DNA from: Chitinophagaceae bacterium | GTDB taxonomy: Bacteria > Bacteroidota > Bacteroidia > Chitinophagales > Chitinophagaceae | Reading direction: 5' to 3' | Assembly (NCBI GenBank): GCA_016720565.1 | Contig: JADKKJ010000001.1 | Location: 744,929 to 808,928 of the forward strand | DNA: 64,000 bases | In this document: positions 17,353-26,684 of the stretch, one piece after another | Layout: each line of letters starts with the position of its first letter | How positions within the stretch are numbered: position 1 is the stretch's first letter | Made by a program: the position numbers and the translations under genes | The notes under the pieces: generated by a model | What the model was told of the DNA's origin: nothing | The model's database searches: none | Seen by the model: only the letters and a program-made list of their open reading frames with translations

Positions 17353-19995
17353 ATGCAACCAAAATTTACTCAGAAAAACTTATGGGTTTCCTTGGTTTTT
17401 GCTCTTGGCTTTTTCGGTAGCTCCCTCATTGTCAATTCTCAGGAAGCTCCAAAAATTACCCCAGAGATCAAGGCTCAAATCAAAAATGCTCCTGCTGTTG
17501 TCAGCGATGTGATGACGAACCAGGTGGTTGGTTTTCACCGTCCCAACGGTGTTCAGGCTGTTTGCCAAACAATTACAGGATCATTCGCTGCTGGAGACCC
17601 AACCTTTAATACAGGTAGGTTGTTCAGGGATGGTATAGCTTCAACCTGCGCCGCTCCTAAAGCAGCTTGTCCTGGAGTAACTGCAGTAGGTACTGTATTC
17701 AGGTATAGGACCTATACTTTCACTAACCCGGTAGCTTCTGCACAATGTTTGACTATCACACATACAAATACAGGTGCTGCTGGTGCCCCTCACCTTTCCG
17801 TTCATAGCGGAGCTTTTAACCCGGCAAATATTTGTACTAACTATATCTCTGATGAAGGTGGTAGCCCGAATCCAACTTTTAACGTAGTACATTCTCTTAC
17901 TATTGGCGCTGGTGCTACAGTAACTCTAGTACTGACTGAAACTGCAAATGCAGCTGGTGGTACCTGGCAGATAGATCTTGATATGCCGCTTTGTGCTCCA
18001 TGTATCGCAGTAACTTCTCTTACTGCTCCTGCAGCTGTAAGTGCTCAGTGTTCAGGTAGCGTAACAATTCCAGCTACCCTTACTCCTGGTGGTGCTTCTA
18101 TCAGCAGCTGGGCATGGGAATATCGCGTTAACGCATCTTCACCATGGTTGAACCTTATTAACGGTGCATTAGGTGGCAGCGTAAGCGGTGCAACTACTTC
18201 AGCTATTACCATTTCTCCTGTTAGCTCTGCATATTCCGGCTACCAGTTCAGGGCTGTACTTACGCCTTCAGCTGCCTGCGGATTTGGTGTTGATTTCAGT
18301 AATGCCTCTACCCTTACTGTAACTCAATTACAAACTGCGGTTACTCCAACTTCCGCAACAATTTGTAAAGGATCTGTTATTCCACTTACTATTACCAATC
18401 CTTCTTCACCACAAACAGCCGTATTCAATGCCAGCGCAGGTCTGCCTTTACCTATTCCTGATGCGAACCTTGCTGGTGTAAGTAATACCATCGTTGCTTC
18501 TGGTCTGCCAACTTCCAGCTATGTTGTTTCTAACATTACTGTTACGGTTAGCATCCCTGCGCATACATGGGTGGGTGACCTTTTCTATGTATTAAAAGCA
18601 CCGAACGGTCAGATCATCAACCTGGATTACTCTGTATCTAATACAGGTGTATCCGGAACTGGATTCGTAAATACCAAATTCAGCTCAACCGCATCTAACC
18701 TCTTAAGCACAGGTGCAGCTCCTTATACCGGAACTTTCCGTGCTGACCTGGTTACTTCAAATATTGGTTCTGGTCCTGCAGGTCCTACTGCATTCCTGCC
18801 TACCACTAACTCATGGGCTAATATGACCTCTGTATTGAATGGTAACTGGACCCTGGCCCTTTATGATGGTTTTGGTGGTGATACGGGATCCCTGACCGCC
18901 TGGTCGATCTCTATTACTTATGGTGCTCCATCTGCAGGTACATGGGTTGCAAGCCCCGCTGCACCAAACACCATGTGGCTGGATGCTGGTGCTACTATTC
19001 CTTACCCAGGCGCTCCTGCTACTGCAAACACGATCTATGTTAACCCTACTACCAATACTAGTTATACTGCTACTTACAGCACCGCTTCACCAAGCTGTCC
19101 TGGTCTGCCAGTAACTGTTCCTGTTAGCGTTACTCAACCGCTTGCTTCTATCGGTACAGTAGCTAACCAAACTGTTTGCGTAGGTTCAAACGCTTCCTTC
19201 AGTGTAAGCCCAACTTCTCCTGCTGGTTCTCCTTATAATGGACCTTTCACTTACCAATGGCAGGAATCAAGAGATAATGGCCTTACATGGGCGAACGTAA
19301 CAAACGGTGGAGTTTATTCTGGTGCTACCACGAATACACTTACCCTTACCGGTGTTACCCGTTCTGCTGCCTCAGACATGAACCTTTACAAATACCGTGT
19401 AAATGTTTCTGCTCCTCCTTGCGCTGGTACAACCACATCGAATGTGGCTACCCTGAATGTAAATGCCCTGCCTGCGGTGTCTATCACTGCAACAGACCTG
19501 GCATTGACTCCTGGTTCTACTTCTGTACTTACTGCTACAAGCAGCCCTGCAGCTCAAACAGCAACTAGCTGGTCATGGACTTTAAATGGTTCAACTATCG
19601 CTGGTGCCAACACAAACTCTGTAACTGCTAATGTTGATAAACTGGGTGTTTATCGCGCTACAGTAACGGATGTGAATGGTTGCCGTAATTCTTCTAACAG
19701 CCTGCTGATCGAATCTGAAGTTTCAGACAGATTGTGGATATATCCTAACCCAACCACCGGTAAATTCCAGATTCGCTGGTACTACAATGGTGTTTATACT
19801 GAGATCAGAAGGGTAAGGATCTATAATGCTCATGGACAAGAGATCAAGAGCCGCGATTGGCCAGTTTCAAATATCACTCCTCGCTACCTGCAAATGGACA
19901 TGGATCTTACAGGTCTGTCAGGTGGAGTTTATGTGATCAAAGTTTCTGACCTCTACGACAAAAAACATGTTCAGGGTCTGCTGATCAAACAATAA
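17353..19995 (+). CDS. T9SS type-A-sorted secreted protein with Ig-like and proprotein-convertase P domains
   Basis: Signal peptide; P-domain ITVTVSIPAHTWVGDLFYVLKAPNG..NGNWTLALYD..GSLTAWSISI; Ig-like YQWQES..YSGATTNTLTL..YRVNV; CTD LWIYPNPTTG..LSGGVYVIKV. Confidence 0.88.
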   Translation: MQPKFTQKNLWVSLVFALGFFGSSLIVNSQEAPKITPEIKAQIKNAPAVVSDVMTNQVVGFHRPNGVQAVCQTITGSFAAGDPTFNTGRLFRDGIASTCAAPKAACPGVTAVGTVFRYRTYTFTNPVASAQCLTITHTNTGAAGAPHLSVHSGAFNPANICTNYISDEGGSPNPTFNVVHSLTIGAGATVTLVLTETANAAGGTWQIDLDMPLCAPCIAVTSLTAPAAVSAQCSGSVTIPATLTPGGASISSWAWEYRVNASSPWLNLINGALGGSVSGATTSAITISPVSSAYSGYQFRAVLTPSAACGFGVDFSNASTLTVTQLQTAVTPTSATICKGSVIPLTITNPSSPQTAVFNASAGLPLPIPDANLAGVSNTIVASGLPTSSYVVSNITVTVSIPAHTWVGDLFYVLKAPNGQIINLDYSVSNTGVSGTGFVNTKFSSTASNLLSTGAAPYTGTFRADLVTSNIGSGPAGPTAFLPTTNSWANMTSVLNGNWTLALYDGFGGDTGSLTAWSISITYGAPSAGTWVASPAAPNTMWLDAGATIPYPGAPATANTIYVNPTTNTSYTATYSTASPSCPGLPVTVPVSVTQPLASIGTVANQTVCVGSNASFSVSPTSPAGSPYNGPFTYQWQESRDNGLTWANVTNGGVYSGATTNTLTLTGVTRSAASDMNLYKYRVNVSAPPCAGTTTSNVATLNVNALPAVSITATDLALTPGSTSVLTATSSPAAQTATSWSWTLNGSTIAGANTNSVTANVDKLGVYRATVTDVNGCRNSSNSLLIESEVSDRLWIYPNPTTGKFQIRWYYNGVYTEIRRVRIYNAHGQEIKSRDWPVSNITPRYLQMDMDLTGLSGGVYVIKVSDLYDKKHVQGLLIKQ

Positions 19996-20013
19996 TCAGT
20001 ATCTCCTTTAGAT

Positions 20014-20046
20014 AAAAAAAGCCCCGGTTCTCCGGGGCTTTTTTTT
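20014..20046 (+). terminator. Rho-independent terminator after the T9SS gene
   Basis: AAGCCCCGG-TTCT-CCGGGGCTT followed by a T tract. Confidence 0.85.
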
Positions 20047-20057
20047 GTGCCTGCCAA

Positions 20058-20083
20058 ATAAAAAAGACCCTCCAGGGGGTCTT
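20058..20083 (-). terminator. Rho-independent terminator after pgi
   Basis: AAGACCC/GGGTCTT stem with a T-rich tail on the minus strand. Confidence 0.65.
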
Positions 20084-20107
20084 CCAAATTTACTAAGAGG
20101 TCAATGT

Positions 20108-21760
20108 TCAGGAGCGGAATCGTTTATAAACATTGATCAAGCCATTGGTCGAAGAGTCATGGCAATTGACGGGGTCACCGTTAAATAGTTCAGGCAGGAT
20201 CTGGTTGGCTAATTGCTTGCCCAGTTCCACTCCCCATTGGTCAAAGCTGAAAATGTTCCAGATAATACCCTGCACGAAGATCTTATGTTCATATAGAGCG
20301 ATCATTTCCCCCAGCGTATAAGGGGTGAGCTGTTTCAATAAAAATGAATTGGTTGGCCTGTTACCTTCAAATACCTTGAATGGCAATAAACGGCTTAGCT
20401 GTTCATCATTCAATCCCTGTTTTTCCAGCTCAACCCTTGCCTCTGATTCAGTTTTTCCATTCATCAGGGCTTCTGTCTGCGCAAAGAAATTACTCAGTAA
20501 TTTTTCATGATGATCGCTGATGGGGTTGTGGGGCAGGGCAGAGGCAATGAAATCACAGGGTATCAAAACTGTACCCTGGTGAATAAGCTGGTAAAAGGCA
20601 TGTTGTCCATTGGTTCCAGGTTCACCCCAGATCACCGGACCAGTGCTGTATTCAACTGCTTCTCCATTCCTGTCGGTGCTTTTCCCGTTACTTTCCATAT
20701 TTCCCTGCTGAAAATAGGCAGGAAAGCGGTGGAGGTATTGATCATAGGGAAGAATGGCTTCCGTTTGTGTTCCAAAAAAATTGGTATACCAAATGCCCAG
20801 TAAAGCCATGATCACAGGGATGTTCTTTTCAAATGGCGTATGGCGAAAATGGTTATCCGTATTCCAGGCTCCTTTCAGCAATTCCTCAAAACGGTGATAA
20901 CCTACAGTCAGGGCAATAGAAAGCCCGATGGCTGACCAAAGGGAATAACGGCCACCTACCCAATCCCAGAAAGGGAACATATTGTTCCTGTCAATACCAA
21001 AACGCTCCACCTCTTTTTCATTCGTGCTGAGGGCTACAAAATGGCTGGCAATATCTTTTTCTGTTGCACCTGTTTGCAGGAACCAGGCTCTGGCTGTATG
21101 CGCATTGGTCATGGTCTCCTGCGTGGTAAATGTTTTTGAAGCGATCAGGAATAAACTGGTCTCCGGATCAAGTTGTTTCAATACCTCCGCGATATGCGAG
21201 CCATCTACATTGGACACGAAATAGGCCTTCATCCCATCGATCCAATAAGGCTTGAGTGCCTCTGTTACCATCAAAGGACCAAGGTCGCTGCCGCCAATAC
21301 CAATATTGACAATGTTCTTTATTGGTTTCCCGGTATAGCCGGTCTTTGTATGATCATGTACCTGCTGGCAAAAATCTTTCATCTGTGCCCGCACTTTCTT
21401 CACGGCAGGCATTACATCTTCCCCTTTGGTGAAAAACGGTTCATCACCCAGGTTGCGAAGCGCCATATGCAGCACGGCCCTTTTTTCTGTTTCATTGATC
21501 AGTTCGCCATTAAATAAGGAAGCGATAGCCTCTTTTAACTGGCATTGTTCGGCCAACTGAAATAATAATTCCATGCCCTTCGCATCGATCCTGTTCTTGG
21601 AAAAATCAAAAACGAGTTCATCCATGCATAATGAATAGTGCAGGAAGCGATCCGGTTCCCCGGTGAAAAGGTCACGAAGATGAATTTGCTTCAGCGCGCT
21701 GGCATGCCTGGTAAGCGATTTCCAGGCATCGGTGTTCAGCGGATTTATCTTTGGTAACAT
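20108..21760 (-). CDS. pgi: Glucose-6-phosphate isomerase
   Basis: [58 protein letters not shown]. Confidence 0.98.
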   Translation of the reverse strand: MLPKINPLNTDAWKSLTRHASALKQIHLRDLFTGEPDRFLHYSLCMDELVFDFSKNRIDAKGMELLFQLAEQCQLKEAIASLFNGELINETEKRAVLHMALRNLGDEPFFTKGEDVMPAVKKVRAQMKDFCQQVHDHTKTGYTGKPIKNIVNIGIGGSDLGPLMVTEALKPYWIDGMKAYFVSNVDGSHIAEVLKQLDPETSLFLIASKTFTTQETMTNAHTARAWFLQTGATEKDIASHFVALSTNEKEVERFGIDRNNMFPFWDWVGGRYSLWSAIGLSIALTVGYHRFEELLKGAWNTDNHFRHTPFEKNIPVIMALLGIWYTNFFGTQTEAILPYDQYLHRFPAYFQQGNMESNGKSTDRNGEAVEYSTGPVIWGEPGTNGQHAFYQLIHQGTVLIPCDFIASALPHNPISDHHEKLLSNFFAQTEALMNGKTESEARVELEKQGLNDEQLSRLLPFKVFEGNRPTNSFLLKQLTPYTLGEMIALYEHKIFVQGIIWNIFSFDQWGVELGKQLANQILPELFNGDPVNCHDSSTNGLINVYKRFRS

Positions 21761-21797
21761 ATGATGTGATTAAAGATACTTGGTTTTCAGGTCACCC

Positions 21798-22814
21798 CTA
21801 AAGTGTATCGATCAGTTCGGTGGTCCTTGCTACCATGGCCGGGGTAATATCAAGATGAACCACCAGCCTTACCCTGTCGGGGGCAATGGCATAAGCAAGT
21901 ATGTCTGTTGCTTTCATTTTTTCTACCAACTCTTTTGCCGACATTCCTGGCTTAAGTTCAAAAATGATGATATTGGTTTCAATTGGTAGTACCTGATTGA
22001 TAAATCCTTTTTGCTGAAGCGCCTCGCCGATCATTTTAGCATGCCGGTGGTCTTCCTCCAGCCTTTCTATATTATGTTTTAAGGCATAGATACCAGCAGC
22101 GGCCATGAACCCGGCCTGCCGCATACCTCCACCAAATACCTTCCTTACTCTTCTTGCTTTTTTGATAAAAGCAGTATCACCCAATAAAAGGCTACCAACA
22201 GGACAACCCAGGCTTTTACTGAGGCAAACAGAGATACTGTCAAATAATTCACCGTATTGTCTGGCTGTTTGTCCCTTAGCTACCAGCGCATTCCATAAGC
22301 GAGCACCATCAAGATGGAAACTCAGCCCGTACTTTTTGCAGATGGCTTTGATCTCTTCCAGGTCCTTTATTTCATAACAAGACCCACCACCCCGGTTGCT
22401 GGTGTTTTCAAGGGATACCAGTCGGCTGATGGGACGATGTACATCATCCGGTTGTATGGCCTTTTCTACCTGTTCTGCCTTCACACGACCCCGGTCGCCT
22501 GCCAATAATTTTACAGAGGCCCCTGAATTAAAAGCGATCCCGCCACCCTCATATTGATATATATGAGATGATTCATCACAGATCAGCTCGTCGCCGGGCT
22601 GCGTATGGCATTTTATAGCGATCTGGTTGGTCATGGTTCCCGAAGGACAAAAAATGGCCGCCTCCATTCCAAACATGTTGGCGCAAAGGTTTTCCAGCTC
22701 ATTTATGGAGGGATCCTCCCCAAATACATCATCGCCCAGTTTTGCGCTGAACATGGCTTCCCGCATGGCGGGAGTAGGGCGGGTTACAGTGTCTGACCTG
22801 AAATCAACGATCAT
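21798..22814 (-). CDS. ltaE: Low-specificity L-threonine aldolase
   Basis: DFRSDTVTRPT, GDDVFGEDP, SGTMTNQ, HLDGARLWNA, CLSKSLG (PLP lysine). Start trimmed to MIVDFRSD. Confidence 0.93.
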   Translation of the reverse strand: MIVDFRSDTVTRPTPAMREAMFSAKLGDDVFGEDPSINELENLCANMFGMEAAIFCPSGTMTNQIAIKCHTQPGDELICDESSHIYQYEGGGIAFNSGASVKLLAGDRGRVKAEQVEKAIQPDDVHRPISRLVSLENTSNRGGGSCYEIKDLEEIKAICKKYGLSFHLDGARLWNALVAKGQTARQYGELFDSISVCLSKSLGCPVGSLLLGDTAFIKKARRVRKVFGGGMRQAGFMAAAGIYALKHNIERLEEDHRHAKMIGEALQQKGFINQVLPIETNIIIFELKPGMSAKELVEKMKATDILAYAIAPDRVRLVVHLDITPAMVARTTELIDTL

Positions 22815-22938
22815 TTTGGATATTTTGATGCAATATAACGGGGTTCTGACCCATTTCAAACAGAATAACAGTCAATTCATTACCATGCCTATTGCCAATT
22901 TTTCCAACCTGGTTTAGGTTTGCCCCGCAAAATGAGAC

Positions 22939-22967
22939 TGTAACCTGTTTTTAAGCAGTGCGTCTTA
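22939..22967 (+). promoter_or_regulatory. Candidate ECF-sigma promoter TGTAAC-N16-CGTC upstream of the TonB-dependent receptor
   Basis: The AAC and CGT cores are 16 nt apart, as in generic ECF promoter consensus. Confidence 0.35.
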
Positions 22968-23100
22968 TTGATGTTGTCCGGAACGGCCACTTATCCCTAA
23001 AATCGGCCGTTTATTTTAAAACAATGTACTTTGCAATGCCAAGTACCTATTTTTGACCTGTAATAAACGAAACTCAGTACTAATACAAACAAAAACGATC

Positions 23101-25551
23101 ATGAAAAAGACCTTAACCTTAACCTTATCCTTTTTATTTTTCCTGGTTTGCCTGGCACAGGGCCAAGGCGGAAAGATAACTGGTACCGTGACAGACGGCA
23201 ATGCCAAAACCATTGAATCTGCCACGATCACCTTATTAAAAGCCTCCGATTCTTCGGTTGCAAAAATGGCTATGGCCTCCAAAACCGGGCTATTCCAGTT
23301 TGATGGCGTGCCAGAGGGCCGTTACCTGGTAGCTATTTCTGCAGTAGGGCATCAAAAAGCCTATTCAGAACTGGTGACCATCAATTCAACTAATTCGATT
23401 GTTTCCTTAAAAACGATCGAATTAGTGGCTGCACCCAAAGACCTGGCCGCGGTAACAATTGTAGCAAAGAAACCCCTGATCGAACAGAAAGTGGACAGGA
23501 CCATTGTGAATGTGGAAGCGTCTATTACCAATGTAGGTAATTCAGCGCTTGAAGTATTGGAGAAATCTCCTGGTATTTCTGTGGACAAGGATGGCAATAT
23601 CAGCCTGAAAGGCAAACAGGGCGTAGTGGTAATGATCGATGGACGTCCAAGTTATCTCAGCGGGCAGGATCTTGCCAACCTTCTTCGCGGCATGAATGCA
23701 AATCAACTGGACAAGATCGAGATCATGACCAACCCACCTGCCAAATATGATGCAGCTGGTAATAGTGGTATCATTAATATCACCACAAAAAAGAATAAGC
23801 AATACGGTTATAATGGTAGTGTGACTTCTGGTTATACGCAGGGCCATTTTGCCCGTTTCAATGAAAGCATGAATTTCAATTACCGCAGTGGAAAATGGAA
23901 TTTGTTCACCAGCGCTGGTTATAACCGCAATCACCGTGATGAACAACTGATCATCGATCGTAATTTCCGTGAAACCTCTACGAAGGACCTGCTTTCTATA
24001 TTCAAGCAGCGTTCTATCATGGGTAATGAATCTGAATTTTTCAACGCCAAACTGGGCGCAGATTATTATGCCAGCAAAAAAACCACCCTGGGGGTAGTGT
24101 TCAGCGGATTTAATAATCCATCTGTTTGGAACAGTCGTACCAGCACCTGGATCTATTCACCAGATAATACGCTGCTTAGCCAGACCAAAGCCATAACAGA
24201 AAATGATTCCAAATGGAAGAATTTCAGTGGCAATTTTAACCTTCGCAGCCAGTTGGATTCAGCAGGGCAGGAGATAACTGCTGACCTTGATTATGTGAAT
24301 TATAGCAGCAGCAGCAAGCAACCATTCTACAGTTATTATTATGATAACCAGGGTGTGCTGCTTCGCAATCCCGATACCCTGATGGGAGATCTTCCCCAGG
24401 ATATCACTATCTATAGCGGTAAAGTGGATTATACCCTGCCACTGAAGAATAACGCCAGGTTTGAAGCCGGTTTCAAATCCAGCTATGTGAAGACCGACAA
24501 CAATGCCAACTATGATTCCATCCGTAACGGGGAGATCCACCATGATTATAACCGCAGTAATCATTTTCTCTATGAAGAAAATATCAACGCCGCCTATGTG
24601 AATTATAATCGCGCTTTGGGTAAGAAATGGAATGGACAGTTTGGCCTTCGCATGGAAAATACCAATGCAAAAGGTAACCAGCTCAGTACTAGTATCCGTT
24701 TCAAAAGGAATTATACCCAGCTGTTCCCGACTGTTTACCTCCAGTATTCGGCCAACAAGAATAACCAGTTTGTGATCAATTATGGACGTCGTATCAACCG
24801 CCCGGATTATGAAGATCTCAATCCCTTCATACATTTCCTGGACAGATATACATTTGAAAAAGGCAATCCTGACCTGCGTCCTCAGTTCTCGCACAATATT
24901 GAATTAAGCCATACCTATAAAGGGTTCCTTACTTCCACACTGAATTATAGCCGGACCACAGATATCATTCAGCAGGTGATTGAACAAAATGAACTCAGTA
25001 ATGAGACCTTTATCAAAAAAGCCAATATTGCCAGCCGCGACCAGTTTGGATTGACCCTAACTGCCTACAAGCAGTTCAATAAATGGTGGAATGGAAATAT
25101 ATATCTGAATGCGGCCAATAATAAATTCAAGGGTATTGTAAATAATGAAATGATCTCCCTTTCAATTTTTGGTTTCATGGGTCAGTTGCAACAGCAATTT
25201 AAATGGGGCAAGGGATGGGGAGCAGAAGTAAGCGGTTTCTATAGGAGCAAGGGCCTGGAAGGAGTGATCTTCATCAAACCTATTGCACAGGTGAATGCAG
25301 GTTTCAGCAAACAGATCATGAAGAATAAAGCAAGTGTCAAATTAAATATTCGTGACCTGTTCCAGGGGAACAAATTCAAAGGCTATAGCCGCTACGGTAC
25401 CGTGGATGCCCAGTTCGTGAATATAAATGATAGCCGTGCAGTGAGCGTTGGTTTCACCTATCGTTTCAACAAGGGTAAACTGAAAGCAAACGCGGGAAGG
25501 AAGGAGGGAAGCGCTTCCGACGAGCAGGGCCGTGTGAAGGCCGGAAATTGA
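23101..25551 (+). CDS. TonB-dependent receptor / outer-membrane beta-barrel family 3 protein
   Basis: Signal peptide, carboxypeptidase-regulatory-like N domain, plug (LEVLEKSPGISVDKDGNISLKGK..IEIMTNPPAKYDAAG), barrel with GNPDLRP. Start trimmed to MKKTLTL. Confidence 0.88.
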   Translation: MKKTLTLTLSFLFFLVCLAQGQGGKITGTVTDGNAKTIESATITLLKASDSSVAKMAMASKTGLFQFDGVPEGRYLVAISAVGHQKAYSELVTINSTNSIVSLKTIELVAAPKDLAAVTIVAKKPLIEQKVDRTIVNVEASITNVGNSALEVLEKSPGISVDKDGNISLKGKQGVVVMIDGRPSYLSGQDLANLLRGMNANQLDKIEIMTNPPAKYDAAGNSGIINITTKKNKQYGYNGSVTSGYTQGHFARFNESMNFNYRSGKWNLFTSAGYNRNHRDEQLIIDRNFRETSTKDLLSIFKQRSIMGNESEFFNAKLGADYYASKKTTLGVVFSGFNNPSVWNSRTSTWIYSPDNTLLSQTKAITENDSKWKNFSGNFNLRSQLDSAGQEITADLDYVNYSSSSKQPFYSYYYDNQGVLLRNPDTLMGDLPQDITIYSGKVDYTLPLKNNARFEAGFKSSYVKTDNNANYDSIRNGEIHHDYNRSNHFLYEENINAAYVNYNRALGKKWNGQFGLRMENTNAKGNQLSTSIRFKRNYTQLFPTVYLQYSANKNNQFVINYGRRINRPDYEDLNPFIHFLDRYTFEKGNPDLRPQFSHNIELSHTYKGFLTSTLNYSRTTDIIQQVIEQNELSNETFIKKANIASRDQFGLTLTAYKQFNKWWNGNIYLNAANNKFKGIVNNEMISLSIFGFMGQLQQQFKWGKGWGAEVSGFYRSKGLEGVIFIKPIAQVNAGFSKQIMKNKASVKLNIRDLFQGNKFKGYSRYGTVDAQFVNINDSRAVSVGFTYRFNKGKLKANAGRKEGSASDEQGRVKAGN

Positions 25552-25570
25552 TCACACAAATAAGTCTAGA

Positions 25571-25600
25571 AAGGTTTCCTCTAAAGGGGAACCTTTTTTT
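25571..25600 (+). terminator. Rho-independent terminator
   Basis: AAGGTTTCC/GGGAACCTT stem followed by T7. Confidence 0.7.
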
Positions 25601-25680
25601 TGCCTATACTGTATCCAGCTGAATCTGCAGGGCAGTAAGGCGGAATTGTGTTAGTTTTGGTGACCTTCAAAACTAATGTT

Positions 25681-26172
25681 ATGGCATCATTTGACATCGT
25701 AAGTAAAGTGGACGCGCAGGCACTGGATAATGCAGTAAACGTCACTTCCAAAGAGATCAGCAATCGTTTTGATTTTAAAGGAAGTCATGTACAGATAGAC
25801 CTGGATAAAAAAGACTTTAAGATCAGGATCGAAACGGAAGATGATATGAAAATGAGGCAGCTGGTGGATGTATTGATCAACCGTGCCCATAAACAGGGCA
25901 TTGCTCCGGAAGCATTTGATATTTCCGCAGATGGAGCGCAGAGCGGAAAACTCTGGAAAAAAGAAGTGAAGGTAAAGAATGGCCTGGCCCAGGATGATGC
26001 CAAAAAGATCGTGAAGCTGATCAAGGATGCAGGATTAAAAGTGCAGGCTGCCATTCAGGAAGACCTGGTAAGGGTGACTGGCAAGAAGATCGATGACCTG
26101 CAGGAAGTGATACAGCTTTGCAAAACGGCCGACCTTCGGCTACCCCTGCAATTCATAAATATGAGGAGTTAA
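25681..26172 (+). CDS. yajQ: YajQ family nucleotide-binding protein
   Basis: MASFDIVSKVD..LDNAVN..RFDFKGS, KVQAAIQEDLVRVTGKKIDDLQEV, LQFINMR. Confidence 0.95.
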   Translation: MASFDIVSKVDAQALDNAVNVTSKEISNRFDFKGSHVQIDLDKKDFKIRIETEDDMKMRQLVDVLINRAHKQGIAPEAFDISADGAQSGKLWKKEVKVKNGLAQDDAKKIVKLIKDAGLKVQAAIQEDLVRVTGKKIDDLQEVIQLCKTADLRLPLQFINMRS

Positions 26173-26211
26173 CCGGGATTGGGAAGATTTGGATAAACCG
26201 GTTCCCACACC

Positions 26212-26219
26212 TATCTTTG
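26212..26219 (+). promoter_or_regulatory. -7 promoter box (TATCTTTG) for rpmE2
   Basis: Consensus match about 63 nt upstream of the ATG. Confidence 0.65.
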
Positions 26220-26282
26220 CAACCCAAATTTATCTATTCACTCCTACGGCAAATTCCGTGGGACCTTTAAAATCATCTAGTT

Positions 26283-26534
26283 ATGAAAAAAGGAATCCAT
26301 CCCGATAAGTATCGGTTAGTTGTTTTCAAAGACATGAGTAATGGTACAACCTTCCTGAGCAGGTCTGCCACAGACTCCAAAGAGACCCTGAAATGGGAAG
26401 ACGGTAATGAATATCCCCTGGTAAAACTGGAGATATCCAATACTTCTCATCCATTCTTCACAGGTAAGAACATGCTGGTGGATACGGCTGGTCGTATCGA
26501 CAAATTCAATAAGAAATACGCTAAGAAAAGCTAA
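26283..26534 (+). CDS. rpmE2: 50S ribosomal protein L31, type B (no Zn ribbon)
   Basis: [45 protein letters not shown]; no cysteines. Confidence 0.97.
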   Translation: MKKGIHPDKYRLVVFKDMSNGTTFLSRSATDSKETLKWEDGNEYPLVKLEISNTSHPFFTGKNMLVDTAGRIDKFNKKYAKKS

Positions 26535-26551
26535 TAATATTATCTTGTAAA

Positions 26552-26584
26552 CGGTCTTTTGACCTCGGTTGGAAGACCGCTTTT
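26552..26584 (+). terminator. Terminator after rpmE2
   Basis: CGGTCTTT/GAAGACCG stem followed by CTTTT. Confidence 0.55.
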
Positions 26585-26684
26585 CATGGCTATACTTTAG
26601 ACCCCCCGGTTTCCCGGGGGGTTATTTTTTGCAGGAGGCCAGCGGCCTTTCGTAATTTTGTAACTCCACTGAACAACCAATATC

